64,000 nt of DNA from the human T2T-CHM13v2.0 reference genome, Homo sapiens. The stretch is from assembly GCF_009914755.1 (NCBI RefSeq), contig NC_060926.1. One strand, given 5' to 3'. The notes beneath the pieces were generated by a model. The model ran no database searches and was not told the origin of the DNA. It worked only from the letters and a program-made list of their open reading frames with translations. Every line of letters starts with the position of its first letter. The first letter of the stretch is position 1. The translations under genes and the position numbers were made by a program. Shown piece after piece: positions 1 through 14,446 of the stretch.

Positions 1-31
1 TATTTAATTTGTTTTATCACTTTCCTTGCAG

Positions 32-239
32 TGTTTGAACGTCACTCAGTTATTAAAATACTATGGTCATGGTGCCAACTCTCCCATCTCAACTGATTTA
101 TTTACATACCTTTGCCCTGCATTGTTATATCAAATCGACAGCAGACTTTGTATTGAGCATTTTGACAAACTTTTAGTTGAAGATATAAATAAGGATAAAA
201 ACCTGGTTCCTGAAGATGAGGCAAATATAGGGGCATCAG
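32..239 (+). CDS. SLC39A10: ZIP10 zinc transporter internal coding exon (probably exon 3): ectodomain PrP-like/PAL region
   Basis: Acceptor ttgcag at 26-31 and donor G|gtaag at 240. Encodes CLNVTQLLKYY...LCPALLYQIDSRLC...NIGAS, with the LIV-1 CPALLY motif. 208 nt, ends phase 1. Confidence 0.97.
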
Positions 240-2696
240 GTAAGAGAGATTTTAAGTTTTTTCTCCTTAAAATAGTACCTGTACTTACTTTTTAAACTAT
301 AGTTGAATTAGAAAAGAATCCTAAATTATTGACTTTCTTTTGTTGTCAGACTTTAAATATATTTTAATCAGGTTTAGATATGCATATTTAAAAGAAACTG
401 GGGGAAGACGGGGGCACAATGTGTTTTATTTATCTCTTCTGGTATATTACAAAGGGATATTTTGCTATGGACGGAGAACTAGATTAAAAATGAAATATAG
501 ATTTGTGATAAGTTGATTATTTTTGATGAGCAAATATAAATAATGGGACCCCCTAAATAAAGTTATTTGTTCTTCTAATTACTTAACATTTATCAGGGTG
601 CCTCTGTTGAAAAGCAAAGATGATTAAAATTTTAAAGACATAAAAAGGGAAGCTACTGTGTGTAAACTCCAGGAATGTCTGGGAAATGCCTAACAAACTT
701 GACATGTGAACTTTATTATGGGTATTTCTAGAGAGCTTCAACTAGGGTAAAACCAAAACTATTTTTAAATTTCTCTTAGGCTCTTTTTTCATCGTACCCA
801 CTTGGCTCCACCTTGGTGTTCACAGGTACCTCCCACTTAATATTTCAAAACTTATACTCCAGACAAAATTTGTACCCCTTAATGGATCCCAAATATCATT
901 AATTTCATTCTTTTGATAAAATCTAGAACTCTTTGACTTTCTTTTTCTCTTTTTTTTCTTTTCCTTTTTTTCCCATTCTATAATCAGGTATGAAGTCCAG
1001 TTAAAGCTATCTCTTCAGTATCTTCTAACTTCATCCACTCTGTCGTAACAATTCTGGATTTTCTTGGTTATTGGATTGTTGAAATAACTTCATAACCTTC
1101 CCTGCCTGTGTTCTTGTCCCCTTGCAAGACATTCTTAGCACTTAAACTAGATTTACCTTTCTAAAATGCAAAGAGATTCTGACACAGAATTTTTTCTTTA
1201 TAGTGATAGCTAACATTTTGTTAATACATACTTTTTAAATCTTATTTACTTAAACACATATCGCAGACACTGTTCTAAGCTGAATTCATTTACTCCTCAC
1301 AACACTTTTATGAGATAGGTAATGTTACTCTTCCCAGTAACTTTTCTGATATCTCAGAGCTAATAAGTGGTAGTACTGGGATTTAGTCCTGTAACCATTT
1401 TGCTATCTTATGTGTTGTTTTAAATGCATTTTTTTTTCACTAAATTTTGGCAGTAATCCTATGAGGGAGATATTATGATCCTTGTTTTTAAAAACAAGAT
1501 AAGGAAACTGACAGAGCCCACAAACCCTAAGGTTTGTCTGATGAAACCTCTGAGTATCTAATCCCTATGACATTGTCTTCCAAATTAAGTTAGTTCTGGT
1601 ATCACCTTTGTGATTTTTCCCATATATCTTTACACTATTTAATACTTTGTATTTTATCACTAATATATATTTTTTATATCTCTGGAACATGGATTTGATG
1701 TGATGTGCTAGTTATATTTTTTTCTCATACATTTTAGGAAACTGCATCATGCTATATTGTTCAGAGCCCTTTACTTGGCCCACAAGGCTTTCCGTAATAT
1801 GATCCTCCCTGCCTGCCTTGACATTCTTAACGCTCATCATTCATTTCTCTCCTCTTTTCTCAGTTCTAACCATAATAAACTACTGATAATAGATTGTGCC
1901 ATTTTTCTCCCATCCCTTTCTCCCTCTTCACTTTCTAAACCCCCATGCCTGACTGACGACTACGATTCTTCAAAGATTCAGATCAAGTATTGGCCCTTCT
2001 GGGTAAACTTAGTGACCATCCTAGGCTAAATTATGTTCCCTTCCTTGACATCTCTAGATGTCTCCCTCATAGTATAGATCTTGGGGGATCTTAATAATTG
2101 AATTAATCTGTTTTTGTTGGACTTTAGTTGCTTTAATACAGTGACTAAACCATTTAAGCTCTTATGTTGATTGAATGAATACAATTGCTTAATATTAGTC
2201 TATAAGCGTTCAGTTATAATCCAGGAAAGATACTTGTTGAAATGTGTCTTTGAAGATCATTATGTGAATGTATCAGTCAGCCTGGTATACTTCGATAATG
2301 AATGTTCTCAAAATTAGTTGGATTTTCATGAACTTTTTTACCATGAAGTAATGAAAAACTATGACGGAATTACTGTGAACACAGTTCTGGATGAAATGCC
2401 AAAGACAGAGTGGCTTTAGAGGATAGTAATTAAAATGAGCAAAATGATGTATATGAATATGGACTTAAAACTGAATTCTGGCATAATAAAGGATTGAGAG
2501 GACAGAATTTTTAAACATTTCATAGCATAGGAATAAGGTAGACATCCCATTCCAATGTATAAGAATTTTATTTGAGATAGAGATACAAGTAAAAGGAAAT
2601 ATTATTACATAAAAAGTAAAGTCTTCTAGGCACCTACATTTCTATTTCTGGTTAATATCTTTGCAATAGGAAAATAAATTTAGACTAGATAAATTA

Positions 2697-2902
<206 letters not shown>

Positions 2903-5461
2903 CTATGTTTATTGGGACTTTACCATGTGCTGTACTAAACATTTTTACAAGGATATTTCTTTTAATTTATTAAACCCACTATACAGGCACTTCTGTTTAC
3001 TTTCATTTGGTGAGGAAAAGGAGGCTTAGAGAATAAGTCAGGTAACTTGCCCAAGGTCACACAAACTGCTGCCAGGTAGCAGAGCCATGCTATGAACTAT
3101 AGTATTCTCCTTCTACAACATATAATCATAACCACTGTGCTGTAATTCTTATACTTCCTGTTCTACTGTTTCCTCCTGAAAAGGTTTTGGAGAGTGCTTT
3201 GCTAGAATATAAGTGGCAGAGAAATGAGGCCAGTTTTATAGAATTATTTTTAGTAGTATTTTGACAGATTTGCAAGTATTGTTTTAAGTATAGATAAGTT
3301 GGTGGTTTAAAACAAAATCCAAGAATGGTCTTCTTGGTAAACAAGTGGGGCTCTCTGGTAAGATGAGTAAAAGGAGAGAAAGTGGGGCTTTGAACTGGAT
3401 TTGAATTCTGATCTTCGAATAGATAAATTTGTCCTCTTTCTTGACTTCATGCTTATTGATCTTGGTGGATGAATAAGCGCCCTGAGAGGCCTAGTCCCTC
3501 TCAGGTGCCTGTAAATTCTCACTGTGGCAGGAGAAAGGGGAAGCTAGGTCTGAGATTAAACTTAATTAAAAATAAAATAGATTTATTTGTTCCTTACAGA
3601 GAAAAATGGAGACTGACAAGATTGATCTAAAGTTAAAACTAATAGCTTTTTTTTCTTATTTTGAAGGCTTCTGAAAAGATTCTTGTTCTTTGTTGTTATG
3701 TTACCTGTGGATTATGACTTTTAATGAGAGTTGTCTGTATTTGTAATATTGCCATAATCAATATATTGTAATGAAGCTGTTGACAGATGCTTGACTATAG
3801 CAATACTGAAAGTTACAGCTTATTCAATCTGAAAAGCCTTAGAGGAAATTGTACTTGCTTTGAAAACAAATATGTTACTAATAGTGAATATTGATTAGTT
3901 GTTTGCAGGTGGTTATTAGCATTGTCAGAAATGCAGCTTGAATTAATTATGTGCTGATAGATGCTAATAATTGTTAGAGATAATGCCCTGCTAGTAATTA
4001 GTTTTAATGACTACTGCACCATTAAGAAAGGTTAACTTGTTCTATATAAATCTCCCATAGTGGCACAGCTACTACCTCATTAACTTTGTTCAAAGACTGC
4101 TGTAAACCTAATATGCTATATACTGTGTATGGTAGAAATCGTTTGTTTCACAAGATTGGCTCATTTAGTCCTAGAGTTGACCCTAGCTTAATTACCAAGG
4201 GGGGATGTGAATAGGCTGCTAAGCATTTTGTGTCAATTAAAATGCTGAAGCAGTGTAGAAAACTGCCATCTTGCACATGCTTTGAACCAAGTTAATTAGA
4301 AAGTTTCCACAGATGAGCGCTTCTTTTTAAAAGAATGCATTTTCTCTCTAGATAATGAGAAAGGGAGTCAGTGAATAACTAAGCTTGAAGACCTTTAGCA
4401 TTTTAAGCAACCCAATTTGCAGAATAAGTGAAGCTTGTTTCAGACATTTGGCGCTTTTTTATTGCATATGGTATCTTGGGTACATATAAAGAAAACATTT
4501 ATTAGTGGTATTTAATAGTTTGTATATTGTTTTATATAAGGTTTTTAAAAGATACCTTTTGTTTAGTTTTTGCTTTATACCAAATGAATTGTGATTAAAA
4601 AGCACAACAATTTGGTTAGAAATCAAAACAATTTTATTACCACCATTGGTTTTTTTTCCTACGTGTAGGAAATTAGGATAGAGTTTATGTAAGCTTAAAT
4701 TTAAATGTTATAAATTCTACAAATAAAGTATTTAAATAACATGGGAAAGTATTTTAGTACAGTAAGTTCAAAACAACTTCCCATTTCTGCTCATAGGTCA
4801 AAAGGATTATTCCTTGGAAGATTCCAAGTTGTTAGAAGAATGAACTATCATTTGAATTTGTAGTGCTTTTAGAAAACTGAAGTTTTTTTAAAATTAATAA
4901 TTCAGGATAAGAAGACATGTTCGTAATGTTGTATACTTAGGAGAATAGTAGTAGGACTGTTTTCCTGATGAAATAGTTGTCCAGAAATAGTTGCAATCTA
5001 CAGAAAATATCTGGAAATTTTCTGATTTATCTGAAAAGGGAAATCTAGCTTTTTACTCCTTATTTGGGACTGGCAGGAGTAAGTGACAATGTGTGTTACA
5101 TGCAAAATAAATAATTAACCTTACTACTTATGTATATTTTTAGTTGGCATTGAAATAAATATATTCCGATAATTTTATGTAGTTATAAGTTTGTTTTGTC
5201 AAGGTAGAGATACTCTTTTGCCTGTCTGCCTCTATCCTAATTAGCTCAAATTTAGAAGGACTGCCATTTGGATTAATAAAGTTAGTAATCCTTCCTACTT
5301 TCATGTTTAATTGTACTTTATATTTTTATAGATTTTCTTTTCTGTGACTCCACCTCTATGAGGTAAACACAGGAGTCATAAATAAATCATTTGGCCAAGG
5401 ATTCTCTGAAAAGACTGTGATGATTTAGTGGAGAAAACAGTGGATTAAAAATTAGAGGACT

Positions 5462-5765
5462 GGCTAGGAGCAGTGGCTCACACCTGTAATCTCAGCACTT
5501 TGACAGTCTGAGGCAAGAGCATCCCTTGAGGCCAGGAGTTCGAGACTAGCCTGGGCAACATAAGGAGACCATGTCTCTATAAATAATTTTTACATTTTTG
5601 AAAAAATTAGCTGGGCATGGTGGTGCATGCCGGTGGTCCCACCTACTTAGGAGGCGGAGGCAGGAGGATGACCTTAGCGTGGGAGGTTGAGGCTGTAGTG
5701 AGCTGTGATCACACCACCGTACTCCAACCTGGATAACGAAGTGAGAACCTGTCTCAAAAAAAAAA
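5462..5765 (+). mobile_element. Alu (J-type)
   Basis: Full dimer, A tail, TSD agaggact. Confidence 0.92.
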
Positions 5766-6215
5766 GAGGACTTTGGGTTTAGTTTTAACTTTGCTATTTT
5801 TAGCTATATAAATGTTTTTAAACTGTAGTAAAATTATATAACATAAAATTTGCCATTTTAACAAATTTTTTTCCAATTTTACTGTGATGAAATACAGTAA
5901 CAAAATTTGTCATTTTAACCATTTTTAAGTATACAGTTTGGTGATATTAAATACATTCATAATGTTACACAACGATCCATACTATCTGCCTCTGTAACTC
6001 TTTTCATCTTGTAAAACCAAAGCTCTATACCCATTAAATAGTAACTCCTATTTCCCCCTCTCCCCAGACCCTGGGACCTATCAATCTACTGTCTTTATGT
6101 TTATGATTTTGATTAAGCATCTCATATAAATAGAACCATACATTATTTGCCTTTTTGTGACTGGCTTATTTCACTTAGCATTATGTCCTCAAGGTTCATC
6201 CATGTTGTAGCATCA

Positions 6216-6566
<351 letters not shown>

Positions 6567-7180
6567 TTACATTACATGTATATACCACATTTTGCTTATG
6601 CATTTATCTGTCCATAGACAGTTGGGTTGCTTCCACAGTTTAGCTAATGTGAATAATGTTGCTGTGAACATGGGCATCTCTCTCTCTCTCTCTGAGACCC
6701 TGTTTTAAATTCTTTTGGTTATATACCCAGAAGTGGAATTGCCCTATCATTTGGTAATTCTGTTTTTAACTTTTTGAGGAACTGCCATACTATTTTCCAT
6801 AATGGCTGTACCATTTTACATTACCCCCAAGAGTGCACAAGTCTCCCAGTTTCTCCACATCTTTGCCAACACTTGTTTTCTTGATAGTAGTCATCGTAAT
6901 GGTGTGAGGTGGTATCTCATTGTAGTTCTGATTTGAAATTTCCTAAAGATTAGTGCTGTTGAGCATCTTTTCATGTGCTTTTTGGCAATTTGTATATCTC
7001 CTTTCAGAAAATGCCTATTACAGTTCTTTGCCCATTTTTTAATCTGGTTATTCTTTTTGTTGTTGAATTTTAGGAGTTCTCTATATTCTGAATATTAATC
7101 TCCCTTATCAGATATATGATTTGCAAATATTTTCTCCCATTTTATGTATTGCCTTTTTACTCTGTTGATAATTGTCTTTT

Positions 7181-10100
7181 TGTTTTTAAATTTTTATTTC
7201 AATAGGTTTTTTGGGGAACAGGTGGAGTTTGATTACATGAATAAGTTCTTTAGTGGTGATTTCTGAGATTTTGTTGCACCCATCACCCAACCAGTGTATA
7301 CTGTACCCAATGTGTAGTTTTATCCCTTACCCCCCTCCCACCCTTTCCGCTGAGTCCCCGAAGTTCATTGTATCATTTTTATGCCTTTGTATCCTCATAG
7401 CTTAGCTCCCAATTATAAGTGAGAACATACGATGTTTGGTGTTCAATTCCTGAGTTACTTCACTTAGAATAATAGTCTCCAATTCCATCCAGGTTTCTGC
7501 AAATGCCATTGTTTTATTTCTTTTTATGGCTGAGTAGTATTCCATGGTATATATGTGTATCTATATATATACCACATTTTCTGTATCCACTCGTTGGTTG
7601 ATGGGCATTTGGGCTGGTTCCATATTTTTGGAATTGCAAGTTGGGCTGCTGTAAACGTGTGTCCAAGTATTCTAGTTGTATAATGACTTTTTTTCCCCTG
7701 GGTAGATACCTAGTCATGAGATTGCTGGATCAAATGGTAGATCTACTTTTAGTTCTTTAAGTAATCTCCACACTGTTTTTCCATAGTGGTTGTACTAGTT
7801 TACATTCCCACCAGCAGTGTAGAAGTGTTCCCTTTTCACCACATCTATGCCAACATCTATTATTTTTTGGTTTTTTGATTATGACCATTCTTGCAGGAGT
7901 GAGGTGGTATCACATTGCGGTTTTGATTTGCATTTCCCTGGTAATTAGTGTTGTTGATCATTTTTCCATATGTTTCTTGGCCATTTGTGTATCTTCTTTT
8001 GAGAGTTGTCTATTCATGCCCTGAGCCACTTTTAGATGGGATTGTTTGTTTTTCTCTTGCTGGTTTGTTTCAGTTCTTTGTAGATTCTGGATATTAGTTC
8101 CTTGTCGGATGCATAGATTGTGAAGATTTTCTCCCACTCCGTGGGTTTTCTGTTAACTCTGCTGATTATTTTCTTTTGCTGTGCAGAAGCTTTTTAGTTA
8201 AATTAAGTCCCATCTGTTTATCTTTGTTTTTATTGCATTTGCTTTTGGGTTCTTGGCATGAAGTCTTTGCCTAAGCCAATGTCTAGAAGGGTGTTTCCAA
8301 TGTTCTGGTTTCAAGTCTTAGATTTAAGTCTTTGCTCCACCTTGAGTTGATTTTTTTATAAGGTGAGAGCTGAGGATCCAGTTTCATTCTTCTACATATG
8401 GCTTACCAGTTATCCCAGCACCATTTGTTAAATAGGGTGTCCTTTCCCCACTTTATGTTTTTGTTGGCTTTGTTGAAGATCTGTTGGCGTATTTGGCTTT
8501 ATTTCTGGTTTCTCTATTCTGTTCCATTGGTCTATGTGCCTATTTTTATACCAGTACCATGCTGTTTTGGTGGCTATGGCCTTATAGCATAGTTTGAAGT
8601 CAGGTAATGTGATACCTCCAGATTTGTTCTTTTTGCTTAGTCTTGCATTGGCCCTGTAGGCTCTTTTTTGGTTCCATATGAATTTTAAGATTTTTTTTTC
8701 TAGTTTTGTGAAGAATGATGATGGTATTTTGATGGAAATTGCATTGAATCTGTAGATTGCTTTTGGCAGTGTGGTCAATTTCACAGTATCGATTCTACCT
8801 ATCCATGAGCATGGGACGTGTTTCCATTTGTTTGTGTCATCTATGATGTCTTTCAGCACTGTTTTATAGTTTTCCTTATAGAGGTCTTTAACCTACTTGG
8901 TTTGGTATATTCCTAAGTTATTTTATTTGTAGCTATTGTAAAGGGCGTTGAGTTCTTGATTTGATTCTCAGCTTGGTTGCTGTTGGTGTATAGCAGAGCT
9001 ACTGATTAATTTTGTATCCTGAAACTTTGCTGAATTCATTTACTAGTTCTGGGAGCTTTTTGGATGAGTCTTTAGGGTTTTCTAGGTACACGATCATATC
9101 AGGAAACAGTGACAGTTTGACTTCCTCTTTACCAATTTGGGTGCCCTTGATTTCTTTCCCTTCTCTGATTGCTCTGGCTAGGACTTCCAGTACTATGATG
9201 AATAGAAGTGGTGAAAGTGGCATCCTTGTCTTGTTCCGGTTCTCAGGGAATGCTTTCAACTTTTTCCCATTTAGTATAATATTAGCCGTGGGTTTGTCAT
9301 AGATGGCTTTTATTACCTTAAGGTATGTCCCTTCTCAGCAAAATTGCTGAGGGTTTTAATCATAAAGGAATGCTGGATTTTGTCAAATGCTTTTTCTGCA
9401 TCTATCAAGATGATCTTGTGATTTTGTTTTTAATTTTGTTTATGTGGTGTATCACATTTATTGACTTGCAGATGTTAAACCATTCCTGCATCCCTAGTAT
9501 GAAATCCACTTGATCATGGTAGATTACCGTTTTGATATGCTGTTGGAGTTGGTTCACTAGTATTTTGTTGAGGACTTTTGCATCTGTGTTCATCAAGGAT
9601 ATTGGTGTGTAGTTTTCTTTTTTTGTTATGTCCTTCTCTCGTTTTGGTATTAGGGTGATACTTGCTTCATAGAATGATTTAGGGAAGATTCCCTCCTTTT
9701 GTATCCTGAGGAATAGTGTCCGTAGGATTGGCACCAATTCTTTGAATGTCTGATAGAATTCAGCTGTGAATCTGTCTGGTCCTGGATTTTTTTTTGTTGG
9801 CTGTTTCAATCTCGCTGCTTGTTATTGGTGTGTTTCTATATTTTCCTGGTTTGATCTAGGACGGTTGTATATTTCCAGGAATTTATCCATCTCATCTAGG
9901 TTTTCTGGTTTATGTGTGTAAAGGTGTTCATAGTAGTCTTGAGTAATAATCTTTTGTATTTCTGTGGCATCAGCAGTAATACCTCCTGTTTGGTTTCTAA
10001 TTGAGCTTATTTGGATCTTCTCTCTTCTTAGTTAATCTCACTAATGGTCTATCAATTTTATTTATCTTTTCAAAAAACCAACTTTTTGTTTCATTTATCT

Positions 10101-12081
10101 TTTGTATTGTTGTTTGTTTGTTTCAGTTTTATTTATTTCTACTCTGATCTTTGTTATTTCTTTTCTTCTGCTGGGTTTGGGTTTGGATTGTTCTTGCTTC
10201 ACCAGTTCTGTGAGGTGTGACCTTGGATTGTCTATTTGTGCTCTTTCAGACTTTTTGATGTAATAGGCATTTAATGCTATAAACTTTTAGCACTGCTTTT
10301 GCTGTATCTCAGAAGTTTTGATAGGTTGTGTCACTATTATCGCTCAGTTCAGATAATTTTTTAATTCCCTCTTGATTTCATTGTTGACACAATGACCATT
10401 CAGGAGCAGGTTATTTAATTTCCTTATATTTGTATGGCTTTAAGTGTTCCTTTTGCAGTTGATTTCCAGTTTTATTCCATTGTGGTCTGAGACAGTACTT
10501 GATACAATTTTCATTTTCTTAAATTTACTGAGACTTGTTTGTGCCTTGTCATATGGTCTATCTTGGAGAGTGTTCCATGTGCTGATGAATAGAATGTATA
10601 TTCTGCAGTTGTTGGGTAGAATGTTCTGTAAATATCTGTTCCGTTCATTTGTTTTAGGGTATAGTTTAAGTTCATTGTTTCTTTGCTGACTTTCTGTCTT
10701 GATGATTTGTCTAGTGCTGTCAGTGGAGTATTAAAGTCAAAACTCAAGGTCTGCTGTTTAGATTATTTTGTCCCACTGGGTGCTCCTTGATATGGTGTTC
10801 TCCCCCTTTCCTTAGGGGAGACCTGAGCTACAGGATTGTTTTTGTTCTTCTGGGTTCAGCCATCCAGCAGAGAGCTACTGGGCTCCAGGCTGGTACTAGG
10901 GAGTGTCTGCAGAGAGACCTGTGGTGTGATCCACCTTCAGGTCTGTCAGCTGTGGATACCAGCACCTGTTCTTGAGGAGGTAGCAGGAGAGTGAAATGGA
11001 CACTGTGAAGGTCCTTGATTTTAGTTTTGTTTGGCGCTCTGGTTTTGTGTTGGTTGGCATCGAGCCAGGATGTGGCGCTTTCAAGAGTGCATCAGCTGCA
11101 GTTGTATAGGGAGGATCAGGCGATGGGTGGGGCTATAGAGCTCCCAAGAGATTATGTCCTTTTATTGCGGACTTTTCCTCAATTCAACCAAAGATGTGGT
11201 TCTTGTCCTTCCTCGGTCATGAAGATTTAGGCTCGCAGATGGGGTCTGAAGGGTGAGCACAGCAGGGTTTTACTGAGTGAAAGAAAGAAATGGGGAAAAC
11301 AGACTCTCCGCGGGGCCGGAGTCCCTGCTAAAGTGCTTCTCGCTTCGCAGGTAGGCATCCCAGATTCCACACAGGAAGAAGAGGGGCCAGGCTTCTCCCA
11401 GCTGCAAACGGAGGCAACTTCCTGAGGCTCCACCCCAGTGCGCATTCCTCTCAGTGCTCAAGCCAGTTGGAGTTTTTCTGGGGACCCCCTCCCACCTGGC
11501 TGTCTCACTTTGCCTTTGGCAACCTGGGCAGGTAGAGAAAGACCACCAGGTTGGGGTAGAGATAGGCATGGCTGAGCTCAGACTCTCCTTGGGTGGGGCT
11601 TCCTGTGGCCGCTGTGGGGGATGGGGATGTGGTTCCCAGGCCAATGGAGTTTTGTTCCCAGGGGGATTATGGCTGCCTCTGCTGAGTCACACAGGTCATC
11701 AGGGAAGTGGGGGAAAACTGGCAGTCACAGGCCTCACCACACTCCCACACAACCTGCAGTCCTGAAGGTGGGTCTCACTCCCACCATTCCCCCGGAGAAG
11801 CACCGAGTCTATTTCCAGGCAGCCAGTGAGCAGGACTGAGAACTGCCCGAGATCACCAGCCTCCCCACTGAGAAAGCAAGTGGACTCACAGTTTTTTTGG
11901 TGTCTCAGGGAGCCTGCAGAGGCAATCCAGTTCCTCCAAAGGTCTGTGAATTCTCTCAGCTTTTTGGTATGTTGCTGTGGTAGTTCTTGGAGGAAAAGTT
12001 CAGGATGTGAGTCTCCACATGCTGCTCTGTCCGAGCAGGAGCTGCAAGCTATTCCAGCCGCCTATCCGCCATCTTAATCCG
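7181..12081 (-). mobile_element. L1PB-type LINE-1 with both ends retained but ORF1 deleted
   Basis: 12-bp TSD taattgtctttt at 7169-7180 and 12082-12093. L1PB-like 3' end, ORF2 RT/EN fragments (ORF track 8428-10747), and 5' terminus AAGATGGCGGATAGG on the minus strand. Confidence 0.88.
11163..11507 (-). mobile_element. ERV1-class solo LTR (MER61-like) inside the L1PB 5'UTR
   Basis: Minus strand starts TGAGACAGCCAGGTGGGAGGGGGTCCCC. 4-bp TSD cttt at 11159-11162 and 11508-11511. L1 sequence resumes on both sides. Confidence 0.75.
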
Positions 12082-12742
12082 TAATTGTCTTTTGATGCAC
12101 AAATTTTTAAAATGTTTATGAAATCCAGTTTGTCTGTTTTTTTGTTTTTGCCTGTGCCTTTGGTTTCATTTTTCAGAAATTATTCTCAAATCTAATGTTG
12201 TGAAGCTTTTGCCCAGTTTTCTTCTAAGAGTTTTATAGTTTTAGGTCATATATTTAATTTAGGTATTTGATTCATTTTGAATTAATTTTTATGTATAGTG
12301 CTAAATAAGAGTCCAACTGCTTTCTTTTGCATGTGGATATCTGGTTTTTCTTGCATCATTTGTTGAAAAGACTGTTCTTTCTGTCATTAAATGATCTTGC
12401 ACCCTTGTCAAAAATCATTTAACCATATATTTGAAGGCTTATTTCCAGGCTCTCTCTTCTATTCCATTGGTATGTCTGTTTTTATGCCGTTACTGAACTG
12501 TTTTGATTACTGTAGCTTTGTGTAGTAAGTTTTAAAATCAGGAAGTGTGAGTCCTCCAGTTCTGTTTTTGTTTTTCAAGTTTATCTTGGCTATTTTGGGT
12601 TCCTTGCAGTTTCACATGAATTTTAGGATGTTTTTTATTTTTTATTTCTGAAAAAAAAAAAAAAAAACCTATCATTAGGATTTTAATAGGGATTGCATTG
12701 AATCTGTAAATCAACTTGGGCAGCATTGACATCTTAGCAATA

Positions 12743-13670
12743 CAGTCCACCCTTAATATCTGTGAGTTCTGCATGTGCAGATTCAACCAACCCAAGGACC
12801 AAAAATATTTGGGGAAAATATAAAAATAATACAAGAGTAAAAAAATAACACAAATAAAAAGCAATACAACTATTTGCATAGCATTTATATTGTGTTAGAT
12901 ATTATAAATTACAGTTGGCCCTTGAACAACGTGGGGGGATTAGCAGTGCTAATCCCCGTGTAGTCGAAAATTTGTGTATAACTTTTCGCTCTCCCAAAAT
13001 ACAACTACTAGTAGCCTACTGTTGACCAGAAGCCTTACCAATAATATAGTCAATTTATGTCAACAGTATGTTATATCTATTATATATTGTATATTCTTAG
13101 AATAAAATAAGCTAGAGAAAAGAAAATATATTAAGAAAATCATAAGGAATTTATGTAGAATTTATTATTAATTGTAAGGATATGCAGCAGAGAATTTATT
13201 TTAAGCAAAGTGAGAGTTTATTGGAGAAAGTATAGTACACTTGGAAAAGGGCCAAGCAGGTGACTTGAAAAATCAAGTGCCTGTGTGGAATCTTTAGGAT
13301 TTTCTATTCGTTATTCATATTAACTATTCATTAAATGAAAGTGAATCATGATAAAGGTCTTCATTCTCATCATCTTCATGTTGAGTAGGCTGAGGACAGA
13401 GGTGGAAGAGGGAGGGATCTGTTGGTCTTAACTGTCTCAGGGGTGGCCAAGGCAGAAAAATATCCATGTATTAAGTGGATCCTCGGAGTTCAAACCCATG
13501 TTGCTCAATGATCAACTATAATTTAATAATGATTTAAAATATAAGAGAGGATGTGCATAGATTAAATGCAATTATTATGCTATATTACATAAGGCACTTG
13601 AGCATCCACAGATTTTGGTGTCTGTAGGGGGGTACTAGAACTAATTTCTGCAGATACCAAGTGATGACTG
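12743..13670. mobile_element. MER2 (TcMar-Tigger) element, split by Tigger2a
   Basis: TA|CAGTCCACCCTT...GTGATGACTG|TA termini. The flanks rejoin into L1 sequence (agcaata/ttaagtcttccaatcc). Confidence 0.8.
12912..13518. mobile_element. Tigger2a/MER28-like DNA transposon
   Basis: TIRs CAGTTGGCCCTTGAACAAC ... GTTGCTCAATGATCAACTA with TA duplication. Confidence 0.82.
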
Positions 13671-13756
13671 TATTAAGTCTTCCAATCCGTGAACATGGGG
13701 TATGTTTTCATTTATTTGTCTTCTTTAATTTCTTTCTGCAATATTTTGTAGTTTTC

Positions 13757-14223
13757 TTTTTTACTCTTTTTTTAAATTTAACTTTCAAGTTCAAGTTACA
13801 CATGCAGGTTTGTTATATAGGTAAATTTGTGTCATAGGATTTTGTTGTACAGATTAGTCACCCAGGTATTAAGCCTAGTGCCCATTAGTTATTTTTCCTG
13901 ATGCTGTCCCTCCCCACCTTCACCATGGAATAGGCGTCAGTGTCTCTTGTTCCCCTCATAGAGGGGACAGCCTACAGAATGGGAGAAAAATTTTGCAAAG
14001 TTATGCATATGACAAAGCTCTAATCTCCAGCATCTATAAGGAATTTAAACAAATTTACAAGAAAAAACGACCCCATTAAAAAGTGGGCAAAGGACATGAA
14101 TAAACACTTTTCAATAAAAGACATACGTGCAGCCAACAAGCATATGAAGAAAAGCTCCACATCACTGATTATTAGAGAAATGCAAATCAAAACCACAATG
14201 AGATACCATCTTACACCAGTCAG
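13757..14223. mobile_element. Short L1PA insertion with 5' inversion (twin priming)
   Basis: Minus-strand 3' end 13757-~13957 joined to a plus-strand ORF2 tail ~13963-14223. 17-bp TSD aat(a/g)ttttgtagttttc at 13740 and 14224. Confidence 0.85.
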
Positions 14224-14446
14224 AATGTTTTGTAGTTTTCATTGTACAGGTCTTCTACCTCCTTGGTTAAGTTAATTGCTAAGTATTTTATTCTTTTTGA
14301 TGCTATTGTAAGTGGAATTGTTTTCATAATTTCCTTTTCAGATGATTCATTGTTAGTATATATAAAAATGCAACTGATTTTTGTGTTAACTTTGTATCCC
14401 GCTATTTTGCTGAATTCATTCTAATACTTTTTTGTGTGAAATCTTT

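Noticed and set aside
8428-10747. ORFs resembling reverse transcriptase or endonuclease
   Set aside because: They are broken L1PB ORF2 fragments with frameshifts and deletions.
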